Part shown: in pieces, positions 8,512 through 13,496 of the stretch
Numbering within the stretch: position 1 is the stretch's first letter
How the letters are laid out: each line of letters begins with the position of its first letter
Assembly: GCA_041752695.1 (NCBI GenBank)
Contig: JBGSVZ010000052.1
Span: forward strand, 1-13,496
Reading direction: 5' to 3'
Origin: Terrimicrobiaceae bacterium
GTDB taxonomy: Bacteria; Verrucomicrobiota; Verrucomicrobiia; Chthoniobacterales; Terrimicrobiaceae
Length of the DNA stretch: 13,496 nt
The notes under the pieces: model-generated
What the model was told of the DNA's origin: nothing
Database searches by the model: none
The model's input: only the letters and a program-made list of their open reading frames with translations
Position numbers and translations under genes: made by a program

Positions 8512-8514
8512 TGG

Positions 8515-10935
8515 ATGACGCGCACCATCCGGGCATGGCGCGGCTATGGGCTCAGCGGGGGAATGATCCACTGGAGCAATGCCTATGCGTGGAAGAATAA
8601 CCGCGATTCCGAGGCCAGTTATGAATTTCCGCCATTCGAGCCTGGCCAGCGCGGGGCGTACGTTCGACGCCTCATGAACCGCGAGGTTTTCTCACGACTG
8701 CCGCAGGTCGCAAACCTCACCGCGACCGGCGAGGCGCTGCGGGACAATTATGAGCCGACGCTCTCATGGATCGCCGGACCGGCGGATGCATTCACCCGGC
8801 AGGATCATATTTTCACCAGTGGAGAAACAATTCTTAAGTCCGCCGCCTTGCTCAACGACTCTGCGAAGCCCCAGCCTTACTCCCTTGAGTGGAGTGCCGA
8901 GGTTGCAGGTGCGGCAGTTGCCAGTGGCAAACTCGAAGGCGAAGTGCCGGTTGGTGTTCCCACCTTTGCTCCCTTCGAATTTACCGCGCCTCCCGTGAAT
9001 GCAAAATCCGATGGGGTCATTCGGCTGAAAACCCAGATTGGCGATAAAACAGATGAGGACACCTTTGCGTTCCGCCTCCTGCCGGCTCCTGCTCCGCTGG
9101 CCCTGAAGTCCTCGGTCTTTTTGCTCGACCCCGAAGGAATCACCTCGAAGTGGCTCCAGAGCCTCGGAGTGAATTTCACTCCGTTTCCCGCAAAGCCTTC
9201 GCCCGGCGTTCTCGTCATCGGTCGCAATGCGATTGCGAAAACTCCGTCGGCAGATTGGCCTGCCCTTCGCGGACGGATCGAGGAATTTTTAAAACGTGGG
9301 GGACGCGTCCTTATCATGGCGCAGGATCCCGCGTGGATTCGTGAGATGAGCGGTCTCCGGATTGCGCGACCTGTGGGCCGGCGTTTCTGGCCTGTGCCCA
9401 CTCAGGCCTCACATCCGATTCTCGAAGGCCTTGATGGCGAAGACTTCAGGGATTGGCGAGGAGCGGGCACGCTCATGGATCCGGCTCCCACGATGGATAT
9501 GGCGCGTGCGGTTCCAGTTGTTCCGCGCTGGGGCTGGCATCTCAATAACACAGGCAGCGTCGCATCCGCCGCGATGGAAAAACCGCACTTCGGTCGTTGG
9601 ACTCCGCTCCTCGAGGGGGAGTTCGATCTCGCCTACAGTCCTCTCATGGAGGCCCGCATCGGCAACGGACTCCTTGTTTGGTGCGGACTCGATCTGGACG
9701 GACGCACGGAAGAGGATCCGGCTGCGGCACTCGTTTCGCGCCGCCTTCTCGCCTACATGGCCGGTCCGCTTCCGGCGATTGTCCCGCAGGGTTCCGCTGT
9801 CTATATTGGTGGCCTGGAAGGGGAGAAGCTCCTGACATCGATGGGTCTCGTGTTTGAAAAGTCTGCCTCGCTCCCGTTGAAGCCCGGACTAGCCATCATC
9901 GGAGAGGGCGCTGCGCAACCCTCGGGTCTGGCGCTCGACTCTTTCGTTAAAAACGGTGGGCGAGTGGTCTTGCTCGGCAGTGCGGCAAACGCGGCTGGCT
10001 TCACGCTCGCGCCCGGGAAACTCGCCGGAGCGTCCGCTCCGCCGCTCTGGCCGGAGGCGAGGGGACTCTCGCCCTCTGATCTGCGGCTGCGCTCCGAGTT
10101 TGAAGCGCCGCTTCTCGCTCCGGGTCCAAATGATATCGCCGCAAATGGCCTGCTCGGTAGAAAAGCGGTGGGACGCGGTGTCGTCATCGCTTTCCCGCTC
10201 GCTCCCAGCCAACTTCCGGCGAAGGATAAAACGTATTTTCGTTTCAGCCAATGGCGTCTCACCCGGGCCCTTTCTCAAATCCTCGCCAACCTGGGCGGTA
10301 CCTTCCAATCCGACGCGGAGTTTTTTAACTTCGCCCCGCCGGCATTGCAGGACGTTGCGCTCTCCGGCGACTGGAAAATCCAGGATGAAGTTCTCTTGCC
10401 GCCGGCGGCGTCTCCGGACCAGCCGACTGCCGACGCCGGGCGCGATCCGAAAACGACCGGATGGGAACTCCCGGCATTCGATGATTCCAACTGGAAGACG
10501 ATTTCTCAGCCACTCGAAATCGGGAAAGCTATCCCAGCCTACGCCAATCACGACGGCGCGTTCTGGTTCCGGCGCACGTTCAACGTGCCCGCTGAACTCG
10601 CAAATAAAACACTCCTCCTTAAGCTTGGTCCGGTGGATGATTTCGACGACGTTTGGGTGAATGGCACCCGCATCGGCGGCACGCCAAATGGAACAAAGGA
10701 TTCCTGGGGCATCAATCGGGAATACAAGATTCGCCCCGGCATGCTAAACCCCGGCCTCAATACCATCGCTGTGAGATGCTTTGACCAATTCGGGGGAGGG
10801 GGCTTTACCGCGTCCTCGCCCGACGCCATGAAGCTGGAACTCTCAACCCCGCAGGTTCGTCCGGCTCCCTATGTCGAAGGCTTTCGCACCGATCATGAGC
10901 TCGGCGACGACCCGGCCCGGTATTATCGTTGGTGA
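8515..10935 (+). CDS. GH2-like glycoside hydrolase, C-terminal ORF of the split gene (end of barrel, Ig-like domain, two GATase/trimerization-like domains, beta-galactosidase jelly-roll sugar-binding domain)
   Basis: Contains EEFLKRGGRVLIMAQ and DSFVKNGGRVVLLG. The C-terminal domain reads LSGDWK..FDDSNWKTI..DGAFWFRRTFNVP..LLLKLGPVDDFDDVWVNGTRIG..REYKI..LNPGLNTIAVR..GGGG. There is no signal peptide or SD-like sequence at 8515, so this is probably not an independent gene. Confidence 0.65.
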   Translation: MTRTIRAWRGYGLSGGMIHWSNAYAWKNNRDSEASYEFPPFEPGQRGAYVRRLMNREVFSRLPQVANLTATGEALRDNYEPTLSWIAGPADAFTRQDHIFTSGETILKSAALLNDSAKPQPYSLEWSAEVAGAAVASGKLEGEVPVGVPTFAPFEFTAPPVNAKSDGVIRLKTQIGDKTDEDTFAFRLLPAPAPLALKSSVFLLDPEGITSKWLQSLGVNFTPFPAKPSPGVLVIGRNAIAKTPSADWPALRGRIEEFLKRGGRVLIMAQDPAWIREMSGLRIARPVGRRFWPVPTQASHPILEGLDGEDFRDWRGAGTLMDPAPTMDMARAVPVVPRWGWHLNNTGSVASAAMEKPHFGRWTPLLEGEFDLAYSPLMEARIGNGLLVWCGLDLDGRTEEDPAAALVSRRLLAYMAGPLPAIVPQGSAVYIGGLEGEKLLTSMGLVFEKSASLPLKPGLAIIGEGAAQPSGLALDSFVKNGGRVVLLGSAANAAGFTLAPGKLAGASAPPLWPEARGLSPSDLRLRSEFEAPLLAPGPNDIAANGLLGRKAVGRGVVIAFPLAPSQLPAKDKTYFRFSQWRLTRALSQILANLGGTFQSDAEFFNFAPPALQDVALSGDWKIQDEVLLPPAASPDQPTADAGRDPKTTGWELPAFDDSNWKTISQPLEIGKAIPAYANHDGAFWFRRTFNVPAELANKTLLLKLGPVDDFDDVWVNGTRIGGTPNGTKDSWGINREYKIRPGMLNPGLNTIAVRCFDQFGGGGFTASSPDAMKLELSTPQVRPAPYVEGFRTDHELGDDPARYYRW

Positions 10936-10972
10936 GATCATTGACGGAAAGCGGCAATCCCGTTGTATTTTG

Positions 10973-11016
10973 AAACCGTAGGGTTTGAACGAGCATAGCC
11001 GGTAGTGACAACCACC
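10973..11016 (+). repeat. Degenerate single copy of the REP-like unit seen at 5650-5695
   Basis: Hairpin AAACC-GTAG-GGTTT (10973-10986), then CATAGCCGGTAGTG (10994-11007; 13/14 identical to 5670-5683), then CAACCACC (11009-11016, identical to 5686-5693). Confidence 0.65.
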
Positions 11017-11081
11017 AGACGATCCCGATCGACACAACTTCGTGAGTCCGGCCTGCGCCTCCCGCATATTGTATGTATCAT

Positions 11082-11293
11082 CCTAAATCCCGCAGTTGGA
11101 AGGCCTGAAAATGCCGGTTTTTACCATGAAGACCGGGAAGGACATGAAGAAATGACTTTCTAAAAGCCGACCCGATCAAGCGGACTTGCCTTCACCCATT
11201 GGGTGAACGAGATGAATGCTCCTGATTTCCCCTAAGGCATTGAACTTCATGCCCTTCGTGTCGTTCATGGGGGATTCAATTGCGCATTCTAGG
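11082..11293. mobile_element. MITE-like non-autonomous element (212 bp) with CCTA...TAGG ends and a 5-bp flanking direct repeat
   Basis: Left end CCTAAATCCCGCAGTTG versus reverse-complemented right end CCTAGAATGCGCAATTG gives 12/17 matches. ATCAT directly flanks both sides (11077-11081, 11294-11298). An inner inverted repeat 11124-11149/11245-11270 matches at 20/26. No transposase ORF is present. Confidence 0.65.
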
Positions 11294-11301
11294 ATCATGG
11301 G

Positions 11302-11448
11302 TTGCGAAGGGGGGAGCGGATCTTGCCGGTCCATAAGAAGCAGGTGCAGACCTATCTGCGATTGACCGGCTTGAAGCTCGGAACCCTGCTGGACTTCGGA
11401 GAAGCCGTTCTCAAAGCAAACGCAGGACCGCGGAGGAACTCTGAATGA
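11302..11448 (+). pseudogene. GxxExxY protein (PD-(D/E)XK nuclease-like family) C-terminal remnant
   Basis: From 11314 the frame reads ERILPVHKKQVQTYLRLTGLKLGTLLDFGEAVLK, matching the family C-terminus HxxQxxxYLxxxxxxLGxLxNFG. An in-frame TAG lies at 11290-11292, and the GxxExxY and D..ExK motifs are absent. Confidence 0.8.
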
Positions 11449-11461
11449 AAATTCAAAATGC

Positions 11462-11485
11462 CCTCTGCGCCCCGGCGCCTCTGCG
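11462..11485. repeat. Three tandem 8-mers downstream of the GxxExxY remnant
   Basis: CCTCTGCG CCCCGGCG CCTCTGCG, with the middle unit degenerate. Confidence 0.5.
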
Positions 11486-11525
11486 GGATAAGCATCCACG
11501 GAAAACTGCGAAGAAGCCAAAAACA

Positions 11526-12575
11526 TCAGCCCGCGACCCACACGCCCTCGATGCTCATCGCCTTGGCGTAGGGCGGGACCCCGGCTTCATTGCGGATCAA
11601 GTGGGCTGTCAGCATGTCCACCGCAGCAGACCCTAACAAACCCATGCGCCGGTCGATTCCAGGTAACCCGGCCACGTCCGCCGCGAGGTTCATGTGCGCG
11701 ACGATCACCTCCTCTGGGACTTTGAACCCCGCGCTCTTGACCGCCTCCGGCACATCGGAGTGTCCGCAGATCACCGCATCGGGACGATGCTTTTTTGCCC
11801 AAGCCATCACGTCGGAAATCTCGCTGCTGAAAAGAATAGGCACCCGCCCCTTCGCAGGAACGTCAAACTGGCCCCGCAGAAAGCCCGAGCTATACGCGTA
11901 GTCGGACTCTTGGTCCGCATAGTGAGAAATCGCAAGCCCGATTCTCTCGCACCCGATTTCCCGAAGTTTCCAGAAGGCAAGGTGCATGTTGTAAAGATGA
12001 TTGGAATTTACCTTGTGATGCTCGTAGTTCGCCTCGAGCTGAATTCCTGAGGGCGCCAGCAGCAAGTGGTGTTCCCCAAGACAGACCACCGCGAAGCCAT
12101 CCCACGGTTGGACAGCCAGCTGCGCCCGCCACAAAGTCGGAAGAATGACGCCAACAATCCCCCGCGCCTTCAGAATTTTTTGAGTTTTCCGCACATTCTC
12201 TTCGGGGGCCTCCGCTTTGATGGCCGGAAACCAGATCTCATCCAGTTCGTATCCCAATTCCTGTGCCCGCGCCCGGGCCCCGTCCAAGATCGGCTGCATC
12301 CATGGAGCCTGCCAGGCATTCTGATCCGGATGGTCGTTGATCCAGCCCAACGTCGCCCGGAACGTCGCCGGCTTCTTCGAGCGCACCGACGCCTGATACG
12401 CGGACAATAACGGGTTGGGACGATAGCCCATCTCCTTCGCGATCTCTTTGATTCGCGCCCGCACCGGCGGGGAAATCCTCGGATCGTTTCGCAGCGCCAG
12501 TGACACCGAGGCCACCGAGACCCCGGCTTTGAGTGCGATGTCGCGGTAGTTCGGCGGCTTTTGTTCTGGACTCAT
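11526..12575 (-). CDS. LacI-family transcriptional regulator (349 aa)
   Basis: N-terminal HTH YRDIALKAGVSVASVSLALRNDPRIS...RIKEIAKEMGYRPNP. The sugar-binding domain contains GARARAQELGYEL, LKARGIVGVIL, GCERIGL, RPDAVI, GFKVPEEV and GSAAVDML. Confidence 0.93.
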   Translation of the reverse strand: MSPEQKPPNYRDIALKAGVSVASVSLALRNDPRISPPVRARIKEIAKEMGYRPNPLLSAYQASVRSKKPATFRATLGWINDHPDQNAWQAPWMQPILDGARARAQELGYELDEIWFPAIKAEAPEENVRKTQKILKARGIVGVILPTLWRAQLAVQPWDGFAVVCLGEHHLLLAPSGIQLEANYEHHKVNSNHLYNMHLAFWKLREIGCERIGLAISHYADQESDYAYSSGFLRGQFDVPAKGRVPILFSSEISDVMAWAKKHRPDAVICGHSDVPEAVKSAGFKVPEEVIVAHMNLAADVAGLPGIDRRMGLLGSAAVDMLTAHLIRNEAGVPPYAKAMSIEGVWVAG

Positions 12576-12612
12576 TCAACCTATTAAATTGCAAACTGAT
12601 TGCTTCCCGCAA
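12575..12612 (-). promoter_or_regulatory. Putative sigma70-type promoter of the lacI-family gene (leaderless), overlapped by a candidate operator
   Basis: On the minus strand: TTGCGG (12612-12607), 18 nt, TTTAAT (12588-12583), 7 nt AGGTTGA, then ATG (12575). The imperfect palindrome TTCAACCTATTAAA covers 12575-12588. Confidence 0.45.
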
Positions 12613-12677
12613 GAAAGAAGTGATTATGTATCCAAAGCCAGATTCTTAACCCCACACAGTAACGTATTCCCCATAAG

Positions 12678-13496
12678 ATGAAAAACAAACTCCTCCCTCT
12701 CTCGCTCGCAGCCGCTCTACTGGGCGCCTTCCCCGTTCAATCTCATGCCCAAACCGCCCTCTTCTGGGACGCTGACGGTGCCGCTGGCATCGGCGGCACG
12801 GGTCCTTGGGATACCACCACCATGAATTGGAACACCGCCTCGAGCGGAACCGCCAACTCTCTTTGGAACAACGCCGTCAGCACCTTCGCGAGTTTCGGAG
12901 GAACGGCCGGAACCGTGACGGTCGATGCAGGTGGGGTCACCACTCGGGGCGTGAACGCGAGTAATAACGGTGCCTTGGGTTTCGATACCGGTGGCTATTC
13001 TTTAACCGGTGGCACCATTACGGTCCTAAGCACTGTGGCCGACGCCAACGTGGTCGTTGTGAGAGGCGGGACAACCACAAATATCGCCAACAACATCGCG
13101 ATTACGCCCGTTAACGGCACAACGGGCGATTTCATCCGTTTGGTTCATCAGCGCGTCAACAACTCCCATGTTACGTTCGGCGGTAATATTGGTATGGCAG
13201 CCGGTGTAACCAGCGGAGTTCAACGATTGGATTTCATCGCGGGAGGTGGGGCTACCGGGACCCAATCCACGCTGAACGGTGTTATTTCCAACTATCTTGG
13301 AGCTGGCACGGGGGGCACACTCCAAATCCGTGTTGGCGTCAACGGGGCCGGCACTAGCCCCATCGTTAACTTGAATGGAAATAATACCTTCACGAGCGGA
13401 GTCATCGTCGGTGATGGCATCGTGAATGTGGGCCATAATAATGCGCTCGGCACGGGCACCTTTGCCTTTGGCACAGGTGGCATAGGCGTTGGCAGC
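12678..13496 (+). CDS. Secreted autotransporter-associated beta-strand-repeat (PATR-type) protein, N-terminal 273 aa; runs off the window
   Basis: Absent from the ORF track because there is no stop in the window. ATG 12678 begins MKNKLLPLSLAAALLGAFPVQSHA|QTALFWDADGAAGIGGTGPWDTTTMNW...FGGTAGTVTV, is G/T/N-rich, and includes LNGNNTFTSGVIVGDGIVNVGHNNALGTG, similar to the PATR consensus LtGxNTYTGGTxvxxGxLxl...alGtG. Confidence 0.85.
   Translation, partial: MKNKLLPLSLAAALLGAFPVQSHAQTALFWDADGAAGIGGTGPWDTTTMNWNTASSGTANSLWNNAVSTFASFGGTAGTVTVDAGGVTTRGVNASNNGALGFDTGGYSLTGGTITVLSTVADANVVVVRGGTTTNIANNIAITPVNGTTGDFIRLVHQRVNNSHVTFGGNIGMAAGVTSGVQRLDFIAGGGATGTQSTLNGVISNYLGAGTGGTLQIRVGVNGAGTSPIVNLNGNNTFTSGVIVGDGIVNVGHNNALGTGTFAFGTGGIGVGS

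Larger units (their letters stand above)
6553..10935 (+). pseudogene. Large secreted GH2-like glycoside hydrolase (~1460 aa) interrupted by one in-frame TGA at 8509-8511
   Basis: ORFs 6553..8511 and 8515..10935 are in the same frame, joined as TTC ACG GCG TGA TGG ATG ACG (FTA*WMTRTIRAWRGYGLSGG). The domain order is continuous: signal peptide, GH2 sugar-binding domain, Ig domain, TIM barrel, accessory domains, C-terminal sugar-binding domain. Confidence 0.7.

Noticed and set aside
8509..8545. Selenocysteine or alternative genetic code explanation for the in-frame TGA
   Set aside because: TGA terminates other genes in the window. The position does not look like a Cys/redox motif, and the downstream hairpin is too short and too close to be a convincing bacterial SECIS.
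12743..13483. Minus-strand ORFs at the right end
   Set aside because: Antisense to the real + strand gene starting at 12678, which the ORF track missed because it has no stop in the window.

Overview
GC-rich bacterial DNA, most likely Verrucomicrobiota (inferred from the style of the LacI regulator, the GH2-like giant protein and the autotransporter-strand-repeat protein). The core is a probable carbohydrate-utilization locus on the + strand. It comprises an uncharacterized 673-aa probable six-hairpin glycosidase-like protein, a FAD_oxidored-family oxidoreductase, a small secreted CBM-like protein, and a ~1460-codon secreted GH2-like enzyme whose single reading frame is broken by one in-frame TGA at 8509-8511. 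A minus-strand LacI regulator follows, divergent from a partial secreted autotransporter-strand-repeat protein. The left end holds the tail of a GH13 gene and a decayed D-tagatose/psicose 3-epimerase-family pseudogene. Intergenic spaces carry a GTAG-type REP doublet, two copies of a second REP-like palindromic family, a 212-bp MITE-like element with a 5-bp flanking duplication, a GxxExxY gene remnant, and a shared TTYAACCT motif that may be the LacI operator. All family assignments come from motif recognition by eye; no searches were run.
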